Positions 1 to 10,758 are shown, numbered from the stretch's first letter. The stretch: 64,000 nucleotides of DNA from Emiliania huxleyi CCMP1516 (GCF_000372725.1 NW_005201287.1:1-64000), one strand, 5' to 3'. The notes: generated by a model from the letters alone, not told the origin. Program-made: numbers and translations.

Positions 1-133
1 CCTAACCCTAAAGCCTAACCCTAACCCTAACCCTAACCCTAACCCTAACCCTAACCCTAACCCTAACCCTAACCCTAACCCTAACCCTAACCCTACCCCT
101 AACCCTAACCCTAACCCTAACCCTAACCCTAAC
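1..133. repeat. Terminal telomere array (CCCTAA)n
   Basis: About 20 near-perfect CCCTAA units starting at base 1. Confidence 0.97.
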
Positions 134-190
134 TCCAGCCTAACTCCAGCCTAACTCCAGCCTAACTCCAGCCTAACTCCAGCCTAACTC
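128..190. repeat. Telomere-variant 11-bp repeat (CCTAACTCCAG)n
   Basis: About 5.5 perfect copies directly abutting the telomere. Confidence 0.9.
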
Positions 191-240
191 TTATATATAA
201 GAGCTGCAGCTCCTAATAGGAGCTACTAGTCTTCGGCTTA

Positions 241-1140
241 AGAGCTGCAGATCCAATGACAAAGACAAGTAGCTCCTAAGTCAAGAGCTGCAGCTCCTAT
301 GGCAAAGACAAGTAGCTCCTAAGTCAGGAGCTGCAGCTCCTATGGCAAAGACAAGTAGCTCCTAAGTCAGGAGCTGCAGCTCCTATGGCAAAGACAAGTA
401 GCTCCTAAGTCAAGAGCTGCGGCTCCTATAGCAAAGACAAGTAGCTCCTAAGTCAAGAGCTGCAGCTCCTATGGCAAAGACAAGTAACTCCTAAGTCAAG
501 AGCTGCAGCTCCTATTGGTCAGAGAGTTGCAGTTCCTATGGCCGAATCCTAGTCGGCGGCAGCCAGGTGGCGGCAGCCAGTTTGCGGCAGCAGTGCTTGT
601 TTGCAGAGACAAGAGGTTCCAGCAGGCCTCGAGAAGTCCAATCCTAGCCTAATCCGAGCCTACTCTTAAGCGGCGGCAGCCGCAGTAGAGGTGAGTACAG
701 ACAATCCTCTTCTCAGGCCATTCCTAGCCTGTACCGGCGCGGCAGCTCTAAAGGCGAAGACAAGATCTTAGATAGGAGCTGAAGCTCTTCTACCATCCAA
801 CCTTAGCTAGACCTTGTCCAGCTCTTGTGATAAGAGCTGCAGCTCTAAAGGGGCAAAGACAAGTAGCTCTAAGTCAAGAGCTGTGGTTCCTAAGATAGGA
901 GCCAGATAGGAGCTACTTGTCTTCGGCTTAAGAGCTGCAGATCCTATGACAAAGACAAGTAGCTCCTAAGTCAGCTCCTAAGACAGGAGCTGCAGTAGTC
1001 TTCCGCTTAAGAGCTGCAGATCCTATGACAAAGACAAGTAGCTCCTAAGTCAGCTCCTATAAGATAGGAGCTGACAAAGACAAGTAGCTCCTAAGTCAAG
1101 AGCTGCAGCTCCTATTGGTCAGCTCTTATCATAAGAGCTG
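241..1140. repeat. Subtelomeric 43-bp satellite (AGAGCTGCAGCTCCTATGGCAAAGACAAGTAGCTCCTAAGTCA)
   Basis: Units start at 241, 284, 327 and so on to ~515; degenerate copies at 834-1140; inverted copies at ~1630-1900. Confidence 0.85.
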
Positions 1141-2173
1141 CGAGCCCTAGAGCTGGCTCTAATGTCTACGAGTAGGTCAACAGCAGTGAGCCTATTCTAC
1201 AGCCCATCCCCTAGAGCCAAGCGAGCTTCTCCTACCCTAGGCTAGAGCGGCGAATGCCGCGGTTGAGGTGGTTGTTGGTCGTTCTCTCGTGCCTAAGCCG
1301 CATTCTATCATATTATTGCACGATCTTCAACACTGTGTGTGCGGCGATCTGCTCCGCGTCAAGCCGGGGGGGGCTGCCCCCCGGACCCCCCGCGCCTGCG
1401 GCGGGCTTTTTTGGCCGCTGCGCGGGGCCTTTTTGCCGCTGCGCGGGGCTTTCTATCAGGCTCGCTGCGCTCGTAACTAACCCTCCCCCTCTCTCTCTAT
1501 CGGCTCGCTGCGCTCGCTCTAAAACGGACTCGGCTTGCGCCTCGCTCCTAAACGAGCTCGCCGCGGCGTTGCCGCGTCTCGCCTGTCTAGACAGTATAGG
1601 AGCTCGTTAGGAGCTACCTGGGTTCGTGACAGGAGCTGCGGCTCTTACTTAGGAGTTATCTGTCTTTGTCAGAGGATCTGTAGCTCCTAAGCAACTCCTA
1701 ATGATAGGATCTGCAACTCTAATGGCGAGATGTAGTCATATAAAGCAGAGATCGAGGTCTTGATTTTTAAAGCTCGAAGAAGCTACTTGCCTTCGGTTTT
1801 GAAGCTGCAGCTCTTAGCTTTAGAGCTTACTGTCTCTCTCAGAGCATCTGCAGCTCCTAAGCAGCTCCTAAGCAGCTCCTAATGATAAGAGCTGCAACTA
1901 TTCATGGCGAGATTCAGCGTCGAGACGGCGCGCAACAATATCGGCTCCAATGCCTTTCGCGCGCTTGAGAGCTGCAGCTCCTAAGTTAAGAACTGCAGAT
2001 CCTAAGGTAAGAGCTGCAGCTCCTATTCCTAAAGAGCTGCGTGAGCAGCAGGTTGAGGTGTGGCCTAAGCGCAGCGCGCGGTTAAGGTTGCTGCTGCGGC
2101 GGAAGAAGCTCCTGACGGGCCTGATGGGCCTGATGAGCCTGGAGGCCTAAGGGGCCTGATCGCCTAGACAGCC

Positions 2174-2205
2174 TAGCCCTAACCCTAACCCTAACCCTAA
2201 CCCTA
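2174..2205. repeat. Interstitial telomeric tract
   Basis: CTAGCCCTAACCCTAACCCTAACCCTAACCCTA, same orientation as the terminal telomere. Confidence 0.9.
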
Positions 2206-2575
2206 CCGTCTCCCCCCCCTCCCTCCTGTAGGCAGGCCGTCCCGCGCAGGCGGGAAGAGGCGCGCCGAGCCATCGACGACGTCCCGGCGAGCTCATGGGC
2301 GCTCAAAAGGTCGCGGACCCGCCCGTCGCTTGCCGCCCCTCTCCCAGCCGTTGCCGGCGACGGGGTCACGAACCTAGTGCTCAGTTCCGTCTTCCTCCCC
2401 CTCGCTCCTGTAGGTAGGCCGCCCCGCGCTGGCGGGAAGAGGTGCGCCGAGCCATCGGTGACGTCCTGGCGAGCTCATGTCCCCCCAAAAGGTCGCACCC
2501 GCCCGTGGCTCCGCCGTCGGCTCCGCCGCGAGCGGCGACGGTGAGGCCGCCGGGGCTCGCCTATACCGGCTAGTG
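2206..2575 (+). mobile_element. Two diverged direct-repeat units (~180 bp period) ending in Helitron-like hairpin + CTAG
   Basis: 2206-2330 resembles 2388-2510; hairpin CCGTTGC-CG-GCGACGG (2348-2363) followed 10 nt later by CTAG|T. Confidence 0.45.
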
Positions 2576-3666
2576 TGGAGCTATCAGTGTGGTTTCGTGT
2601 TGTACTAGTGATGCTGCACTAGGCGGCCCGTTTTTAGCAAAAACCAGATACCACATCGCGTGTGGTCGTCGAAAAACCGCATGTTCGCCTGTCAGGGACC
2701 TCTTCGTACGGCTCCAAAAACCGCTCCTTAACGACGACTACGCGGCCCGGCGGTCGATCTGCGCCTTCTCAGTGGTGGAGGGGATGTGGGCGGTACGTGC
2801 GGACCGCGTGATGTTGCGACGGTTTGACGAGTGCGACTCCCAGCGTCGACTTTTCAACCCCACGGAGCCTCTGCTGCTCCGGGGGGGGGGGTCTGCAGAC
2901 CACCCGGCCGAACTTCAGAGTCGCGGTGCTCCTCAAATACCGCTCAAACGCCCACGATGTTGTGCAGGGGACATATGCTGATGATCCCGGCCCGATTGGT
3001 TCGCTCAGAAAGCTTCTGGGCGATCGTTAAGGTTCGCTCCCCGCACACCGGCCCGGAGTTTGGGTACCCTAGAATTGCTCTCGTGCAGCTAGGCGACGCA
3101 GGTCCATCAGCAGGGCTCATCCAATGCGAGCGCACATTGTGCGTAGCCGCAGGCAGGTGGCAGTGCACGGCCGCACACCGGCTGTGGCGGCTCGTATGCC
3201 CCCGGCAGTGCTGCTAGTCATTAACTTGCGTATTAGGGCCGCAGCAGACTGCTGCTGTGGCAGCAGCAGCAGCAGCCTGCTGCCTGATTCAGTCAAGCCA
3301 GCGGCGCAGCGAGGCGTGCAGAATTTGCGTGGTTTTGTTCCTCCTGAGGCTGAGCGCATTCGAGCCCTTCGACCGGAGTTGGATGGTACCACGCGTCTCA
3401 CTGAGACGCGGGGTACTGGCCAGTGGCCGGACTACGGAGCGTGAGGTGGCGAGCGGAGCGAGCGACAAAACAACGAGAAAAACACGGATCTGACGATTGT
3501 CACAGAACGTCAGATCTTGCGCCACCCAGGGCTGGACCTAGTCGTGGGCTCGGGTGCACCCATGGGTGCACCCGATCGGAGATAACCATTTTGGCTCACC
3601 AACAAGCCCTCCGCGCCACCGTGTTGGGATAATACTTTTTTCTCGAAGATCACGTGTCCACCGCAC

Positions 3667-5247
3667 CTACGAATCACTGCCTGCCGCTGTCCCTCGCCAG
3701 CCCCTCGCCCCGCCGTACAGCCGCCCCCACGGCCCCGTCCTGCTCAGCACCCTCCCCACGCTGAGGACAGTCTGCGAAGCCATAAAGGCAGCGAACCCCC
3801 ACCAGATCGAGTGCAGCGTGGGCGGGGCACGCAAGTGCGCGAGACCCACGCACAGAGCCGAGCCAAGCCAGATCCCCGCCGTCGCAAAGCCCCAATCGAG
3901 GCCTCCCATCACGACGCCATTTGCGGGGAAAGCAAGGCCCTTGAAGAGCTGGCATAGCAGGACGGGCGCCATGATCGACGCGCACGTCTCTCGTACCACC
4001 ACGTCGGTCGTCAGGCTCGCCACAACGGCGGCAGGCCGGAAAGCCGTCACCGCAGTGAGCACGCCCGCCACTCCCCCGCCGACAAGCACACCACGCCCAA
4101 TCACGTGCCACGCGTCGCGCCGAGCCGCGCGCTTGGCCTCCTCCGCCCCCTCGCCATCCTTCGCCATCGCGTCGAGGCTGCCCAGCGCCCGCGCGAGGAG
4201 AGTCTGCGTCGCGACGGCAACCGACTCGCAGAGCTGAGATAGCACGACGCCGAGGTTGAAGCAGAGCAGGTGCGCCGCCGACGACACCGCGCCGAGCGAG
4301 GCTGCCAGCCGAGTGCAGTACGTGTAGGCCCAGACCTTGCCGACCGTCCGAACAAAGACGAGCACGCCGGCGCGGCCGTACGCCCTCAGGGACGGGGCGA
4401 GCCGGCGGAGGGAGGCGAGGGAGAGCAGCGAGAGGGGCGACACCGACACGCCGGTTCGCCGCGAGAGCGCTCGAAGCAGGCCGACGAGGGCGATGGACTG
4501 GGCGAGGCCCGTCCCCGCAGCCGCTCCCGCCGCGCCCAAGCCGAGCGGGAAGATGAAGAGCGGGTCGAGGAGCGCATTGAGCAGCGAGAAGAGCAGCGCC
4601 CAAATGAGAGGCGTGCGCGTGTCTCCCAATCCGCGGAAGACGCCGTTGCTGCAGAGCCACAGCGTTGCCGCAGGCATGCCGAGAGCGCGCACACGGAGGT
4701 AAGACAACGCGGTCGGGCGCATCGGAGAGCCGACGCCGGCTCCCATCGCCGATACCATCCGCGGCGCGAAGAGCGCAAAGAAGGCCAACTGCAGCAGCCC
4801 GACGCAGAGGGCGAGGACGAGCGCCGCGCTGATCGCCGCGTCTCGTGAGTCCTCGCCGCCGAGCCGTGCCGCGCCGTCGCCGGACGCCACAATCGAGATG
4901 GATGTGCGAAGGAGAGGGTCGTTGAAGAGTTTGGCAGTCGCGAAGTGCGCCCCGATGGCGATGCCGGCGCCACCGAGCGCTGTCGCACCGAGACGGCCGA
5001 GGTAGGCGGTGTCCACGAGGCCAGCCAAGGGCTCGGCAGCAAACTGAGCCAGCGCCGGCACAGCGATTGACGCAAACTCAACGTCTAGCCGGCGGCGCGC
5101 CTCTCCGTCAGCCTCGTGGGCGGGCAGAGGCTGCTCGAGTCGTGGCGACGCCACACGGCAAAGCAGCGACGGCGACGACACATGGGAAAGCGAGAGCGGT
5201 GCGGCGTGGGCCGCGAGCGCAGCCCGGAGAGTGACAGCAAATGCCAT
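3667..5247 (-). CDS. MATE family (DinF/DTX-like) efflux transporter
   Basis: PALAQFAAEPLAGLVDTAYLGRLG, GVFRGLGDTRTPL, LDPLFIF motifs; many TM helices; start 5247 (alternative 5367); intronless. Confidence 0.92.
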   Translation of the reverse strand: MAFAVTLRAALAAHAAPLSLSHVSSPSLLCRVASPRLEQPLPAHEADGEARRRLDVEFASIAVPALAQFAAEPLAGLVDTAYLGRLGATALGGAGIAIGAHFATAKLFNDPLLRTSISIVASGDGAARLGGEDSRDAAISAALVLALCVGLLQLAFFALFAPRMVSAMGAGVGSPMRPTALSYLRVRALGMPAATLWLCSNGVFRGLGDTRTPLIWALLFSLLNALLDPLFIFPLGLGAAGAAAGTGLAQSIALVGLLRALSRRTGVSVSPLSLLSLASLRRLAPSLRAYGRAGVLVFVRTVGKVWAYTYCTRLAASLGAVSSAAHLLCFNLGVVLSQLCESVAVATQTLLARALGSLDAMAKDGEGAEEAKRAARRDAWHVIGRGVLVGGGVAGVLTAVTAFRPAAVVASLTTDVVVRETCASIMAPVLLCQLFKGLAFPANGVVMGGLDWGFATAGIWLGSALCVGLAHLRAPPTLHSIWWGFAAFMASQTVLSVGRVLSRTGPWGRLYGGARGWRGTAAGSDS

Positions 5248-5680
5248 CACGAGCGACACCCGACGGGGACGGCAAGATGTGATCGCTGAAGCGGGCAAGC
5301 CCGCGCCGCGCCGCCCGCATGCCCAGACGTTTTGGGTTCGCCTCACCAGAAGGGGTCGGGGCGCCATCGCGCCAAACAGCCCAACCTACGGTGAACCTTC
5401 TTTTGTAGACCGCTAGGATTGAGAGCAGCCTCGCTCTCAATCCTAGAAGTCGAAGGATTGCGACTGTGAGCACCCACGCTCGCAATCCTACGTCTTCTAG
5501 GACTAAGAGCAGCTCCGCTCACAAGGTGACTGGTGACGCCTACGACTACTACCAGCGCGCTCACAATCCGAGCAAACTCTAGGGTTGCGACCAGCTTGGC
5601 TCACAATCCTAGCAACATGCCTCCGGTTGCGAGCAGTAGCGCTCGCAATCCTAGAATTTAAACAAAAGAACTCTCTCTCA

Positions 5681-7855
5681 GAGCTCCCTGACATTTACCC
5701 ATACGGTGTGAATAGATCGGGGAAGACTGGGGTAGACCGCAAGGGCCAGATCTATCGCGACCTACTCAGATCTATAGCGATATTGCGCGGTATTGCAAGG
5801 TGGTAGACTGCGGTAGACTGTGGTAGACTGCTGAAGACTGCTGAAGACTGGACAGGCTCCTCACATGGCCGGTCTACCGCAATCTACCGCAGTCTACTCC
5901 AATATAGTCCTCTTGGCCATACTGGAGTTGACTGCGCAAAATCGGGATAGATTGGCGAAAACTCGGGAATATTGCTGGAGGCTGCTGTAGACTGCGGTAG
6001 ACTGCAGTAGACTGCAGTAGACTGCAGTAGACTGCAGTAGACTGGAGAACCGCTCGAGCGTCAGAGAGCTCGCGCGAGCCCCACGGCATTCGCGCGCCGC
6101 TGGAGGAACCGCCCGGGCGCCCCCGGCAGCACTGCTGCCGCCGGACAAGTCGGAGGCCACACAGAGGCTGCAGCTCCCATCCCGCCTCTCCCCGCTCCCT
6201 CTCCCATGCGCGCTCTGCTGTGCAAATGGACGAGGTGCCTGTCAATATCTCCTCTCGCCATGTGACAGGAGTGGGCGCCGGCAGGAGGCGGAGGGCCGCA
6301 CGATCTGTCCCAGGAGGGGTCGGCGCCATGAGGACCACGTACGCTGGGAGGTGCACATGCCGAGCCATGCCGACACGTGGCAAATTTGAGAGTGAAGATG
6401 CCGCGCCTGTAGTTGACGATCATTCCAGGGAGGTGCTCCGTGGACGCGGCCCACTCACCGCCCCACACCGAAAACGGCACATTGATCACCAACCCCATCA
6501 TTACTTTGGCCGTGGTGCGGCAGACTGGTGATGCAAGGAGGGATGGCTCTGAGAGCCGTCGCTGCCCTGCAACGTCGGGAGAGGAGGGGTGACGCTCGGC
6601 TCCGTCGCTGACCAGCCCGACTGGCGGTCTCGGCGGGCGGCGGCGGCGGCGGCGCGCTTCTTCGAGATGTTGCTCTTGAAGCCCATACGTCAGTCCAGCC
6701 GAGCGAACGAACGGGACGCGCGTTGAAAGAGTAATAACGAAGCTCCGAATTGTTTCTTTTGCAGTCCCTTGCCCGCGAGGGTTTTTCCCTTCTTTTCTGC
6801 CCGCCGTCAAATCTGTGTATGAGCGTCGCCGAGCTCGAGCGAGCGTTCGCCCGTCGAGGTGTGGTGACAGAGTGGCACCGCGGGCAGACAAACGTCTTCT
6901 TTCCTGGAGAGACCAGATTTACTAAGTGCACGGTCCTCTGCCGCGTGGGCGGCCGTGGGAGGGTATGCGTTGTGCCCGAGTTTGAGGATGCCCTCGCCGG
7001 AGAGCTCAAGGACGCGGGCATGCAGCATGAGTTCACGCAAGCCGCCGCCTTCAAAATACGGCAGAGGCGCGTGCTACTAACGGATGCCGTGCCGGATGAC
7101 ATTGCCGCGCGCGTCTGCCAGGCTGCATGGACATCGCGGGCTGCATCCCCGTAGCCGACGGGCTGCATTTTCCGCTGAGACCTACTCTCAGGTGGAGCGG
7201 GCATCGTCGGGAATGCTCGACGTAGATCTCTTGTCAACCGTATACCAGGGCTTTCTGCTAACCCGCTAGGCGCCCCAGCCAGCCCGCCGCCGCCGTTTTG
7301 CATAGCTGAACGTGCGGAGCCTGCGACCGCCGGCGAGCAGTGGTTCAGCCTCTGAACGAATTCGTGCAGCCGGTGCAGCCTGCTGTGGACTTTGGATGGT
7401 TCTCGTCGCCCCCAGACACCCTCTGAGCTACGCACATCTCTGCCACACACACGGCCATCAGTAACGAGAAATCGGCGGATAGACTGCAGTAGACTGCAGT
7501 AGACTGCGGTAGACTGCAGTAGATTGCAGTAGACTGCAGTAGACTGCTGTAGACTGCTGTAGACTGCTGTGGATTGCGGAATACCCCTGTAGACTGCTGA
7601 ATACCTCTATTTCTTCTGATTGCCAGATATACTCCCATCTACCCCAATTTTGCGCGGTTTACGCCTGCGGCGGCAACACCATAGATTGGAATAGACTGCA
7701 GTAGACTGCAGTAGATCGCGAACGACTGCAGCTCCCCGTTCTATCGCGATCTACTGGGATCTACCGCGGTCTTGCGCGATCTACTACGTGCGTAGATCGC
7801 GCAAAACCGCGGTAGATCCCAGCTTTTCACACCAAAGGTAAATGTCAGGGAGCTC
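5681..7855. mobile_element. Non-autonomous PIF/Harbinger-like DNA transposon
   Basis: Perfect 19-bp TIR GAGCTCCCTGACATTTACC (5681-5699 / 7837-7855); 3-bp TSD TCA on both sides; subterminal (GTAGACTGCA)n arrays. Confidence 0.8.
6819..7154 (+). CDS. Hypothetical 111-aa protein carried inside the TIR element
   Basis: ATG at 6819, globular-looking sequence MSVAELERAF...; no family recognised. Confidence 0.35.
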   Translation: MSVAELERAFARRGVVTEWHRGQTNVFFPGETRFTKCTVLCRVGGRGRVCVVPEFEDALAGELKDAGMQHEFTQAAAFKIRQRRVLLTDAVPDDIAARVCQAAWTSRAASP

Positions 7856-8109
7856 TCACAGCAGACAATCCTAGAACTTTCGCCGATTACGAGCGACACC
7901 GCCCACAGTCCTATGACTTCTAGGAATGCGAGCGGGTGCCCTCGCAATCGGTGCGATCACTGTTTGGATTGTGAGGAGACCATCCCGGCGCGCTCACTCA
8001 CAAGCGCCCGCGGCTGGAGCGATTGGGAGCGCCCTCTGTGCGATTGCTAGCAATCCTTGGATCTTGGGTACGATTGTGAGCGCCGCCGCTCATAGTCCTA
8101 GGATGCCAG

Positions 8110-8708
8110 GGCGGCGCTCCACGGCCACACTGTCCTGCCCACCGGATCGCGCCTCGAGATCTTCTGTGACACCGCGAGCGGTGGTACCCCGCGACCGTCA
8201 TGGCGCGGGAGGAGGACGTGGACGGACGGATCGTGCACACGAGATCGAGTACGACGGCTACTCGGGTCGGCGGTGGTGGCACATGCTGGACGACGAGCGG
8301 TGGCGCGCCGTCCCAGAGCAGGCCGGCGCGGGCGCAGGCGGCACTGCCACAGACGGGGATGGGGATGCGGCGATGGACCGCGCGGACGGCGAGCAGGGCG
8401 CCCACCTCGACTGACTATGGAGGACCCGTCGCCAGACGACGCAGGGCAGACGACGGTGAGGCGGAGCAGTCGCGCAGGGCGAGACGAGGGAGGGAGCAGG
8501 ACTTTGCGGAGATCAGCAGGAGGATGTACGAAGAGATTAGGAGCCGCAGGGACCCGAGGGACCATGTGAAAGACGGCTAGTGCTAGTCCCCCATCGGGAG
8601 GACGACCCCGGCTAGAAAGTCGCCGACCACACCCACAAAGAACAAACAAAACCCAAATGACGTGTGAGTGTTAGAGTTGTTTGGTATTGCTAAAAATCTC
8701 TCTCTCTC
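8110..8708 (+). mobile_element. Probable degraded 3' end of a non-LTR retroelement
   Basis: Broken frames HEIEYDGYSGRRWWHMLDDERW and ...RDHVKDG*, then a conserved dispersed motif and a (CT)n tail. Confidence 0.35.
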
Positions 8709-9855
8709 AAAGAACCCTGCACAAAGATCGCAAGGGCGGGGACCTGTTCCTTTTTACCCATCTCACAGTAGAGAGGTGTCCGTTTTTATTTATTTATTTA
8801 TTTGTGTCTCAGACGAACGGTGTTTTTTGGGGGGGATGGGGACCCCCAGCCCGCCGCAGGCGCCGATTTTTTTGGCATTTTTTCTTTTTCGGGCGATTTT
8901 TTACTTGTTCATGGGAATTCGGCGTACTTGCGGCCATGCTATCACGCCTTGCGACATCCTTTCGGCGCTGCTGACCGTGCCATGCTGCTCAACTGACCGC
9001 CTGCATAGCTCGCGGCCTTAGTCTTCGGCATTCAGTGACGACCTGATCGTACGGCCAGTAGGAAGGTGTCCTTCCAGCGCGTGCACGCTTCTGACGCAAT
9101 GCGCGTCACAAACTGCCTCGGATTGGCTGCTGGCACTCTCGAGGCTATGCCTACACAGCCTCGCGCGCATGGGCAGTCAAGAGGGACCATGCACCTTCTC
9201 AGGACAGCGCCGGTGCCTCTCTCTTGGACCGGCAAACTTGGTGGTCTCGTGTCACCGATGTGGGACCAGTGCGGCATCGCGCCATCGACAGCTCTGAACT
9301 GCGCCTCACCACTGACCGGGAAGGCCGCCAAGTGGGTCAGCACCGGTCGCACATTGTGGCAGCAGTCAGCAGCGCATGTCTGATAGCTAGAGCAGCAGCG
9401 TCAGGGTCGCAGGGTCGGATCGTGTCAAGCCTCTCGCCCGGCCGGCCGCGTGCAGACGTCGGCCTGTCTGCTGTCTGGAGTGATCTGTCGGCGGTCAGTA
9501 CGACCAATCAGGTCGGAGTTTTCTGATGATTGGAGGGTCTATCTGTATGTACTCCTCGAGATCTTTCCAAATCTGCCCTCTGATTAACCTAGCTTAATCG
9601 GGAAGTCGGTGCTAATAGAGACTAATAGAGCCCCGGAGCCCCGTTTCCGCACGACACTGCGGCGCGGCGCACGGTGCCTCCGGGGGCCCCCGCCTCCCCC
9701 CAGTCTTTTCCTTTCCTCTGGGGCCCAGAGGAAAGGAAAAGAAAGGACAAAGAGGAGGGAGGGGGGAGGGTCTTTCGACAAAGAGAAGGCCCAAGTTTTC
9801 TTTTTGCGATAAATGTCTTCCTGCGGCGCAGCGGTGGTTCGTACCCCAACTACTC

Positions 9856-10758
9856 TCAAGAGTCAAGTCGTATCTGCTCCGCCCCCTCCTCCGCGGCCGG
9901 GCCCTCTCCGCCGCCGCCGGGGCCGGCGCACACGTACGCAAAAGTCTGCGAGCCGAGGAACGAGAGCGCCGGCCGGCTTTCGAGGAACGAGGCGCCTCCC
10001 CGCGCGGCGCAGAACTGCCTGCCGTTCCAGTGCGCGCGGCTGACGCGCGCGCTCGTCACGCGCGCGGTGACGATGTGGTGGCACGAGTCCGCAGCCTCCG
10101 CGTCGCCGGGTCCGCACTCGACCGAGTCGGCGACTGAGAGCACCTCGCACAGCATGAGGGCGGCCGCGCCGCCCACGCCCACGTCGGGCAGCGGCGGCAG
10201 CGCACCCTCTCCGCCCTCGTCCGCGCCCTCACCGCCGTTGCCGTCGCTGCCGCTGCCACCGCTCCCGCTGCTGCTTCCGAGGGCGGAGAACGCATTGGCC
10301 GCCGCGCCCGCGCCGGCTCCAGCGCTCTCGTCGGCGATGCCCGCGGCGAAGGGCACCTTTGCGAGACCGAGGGTGGCGAACTTGTCGATCGAGTGGCCGT
10401 GGCAGCGGCCGATGGCCAGCAGCACCGACTCCATGCCGTGAATGGCCGCGGAGAGGCAAAACGACCGCCGCTGGAGGAGCAGCGTCGCGGAGAAGCGCTG
10501 CTTGTTGATTGACATCAGGAAGACGCCGTGGTTGTTGATGGGCGTGAGCCAAGAGACGACCATCGCGTTGTGCCGCCGCCGGCCGTCGTCGGCAGTGGTG
10601 AGGATCGAGACGGGGTTCGCGTAGAGGAGGCGCGAGAAGTGCTTTGGGTCGGTGAGCGGCACATACTCCTCAATCTCGGGGATCGGCTCCGCCGCGGCGC
10701 CAATCGCGTACGGCTCGCGCCGGCGAGCAGCGCCGCCACCTCGACGGCCCATACACAT
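9856..10758 (-). CDS. Flavin reductase-like (FMN-binding split barrel) protein
   Basis: RLLYANPVSILTT...NAMVVSWLTP...MSINKQRFS...IGRCHG...DKF...HHIVTARV. Confidence 0.8.
   Translation of the reverse strand: MCMGRRGGGAARRREPYAIGAAAEPIPEIEEYVPLTDPKHFSRLLYANPVSILTTADDGRRRHNAMVVSWLTPINNHGVFLMSINKQRFSATLLLQRRSFCLSAAIHGMESVLLAIGRCHGHSIDKFATLGLAKVPFAAGIADESAGAGAGAAANAFSALGSSSGSGGSGSDGNGGEGADEGGEGALPPLPDVGVGGAAALMLCEVLSVADSVECGPGDAEAADSCHHIVTARVTSARVSRAHWNGRQFCAARGGASFLESRPALSFLGSQTFAYVCAGPGGGGEGPAAEEGAEQIRLDS

Larger units (their letters stand above)
5412..8102. mobile_element. Degenerate fold-back element rich in CAATC/GATTG motifs, split by a nested insertion
   Basis: Same CAATCCTAG/GATTG motifs at 5412-5655 and 7860-8102; 14-bp-stem hairpin CTAGGATTGAGAGC...GCTCTCAATCCTAG at the left end. 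Confidence 0.45.

Noticed and set aside
241..515. 43-bp periodic array as a CRISPR array
   Set aside because: Head-to-tail units with no unique spacers, no cas genes, and a eukaryotic subtelomeric context
2130..2150. Hammerhead ribozyme core CTGATGA-GCC...GGC
   Set aside because: Followed by CTAA instead of GAAA, and part of a 9-bp repeat
2978..3015. Hammerhead core CTGATGA...GAAA
   Set aside because: No convincing stem II pairing between the two motifs
8710..9850. DNA transposon remnant
   Set aside because: TE-like low-complexity ends, but no TIR, TSD or transposase motif could be shown
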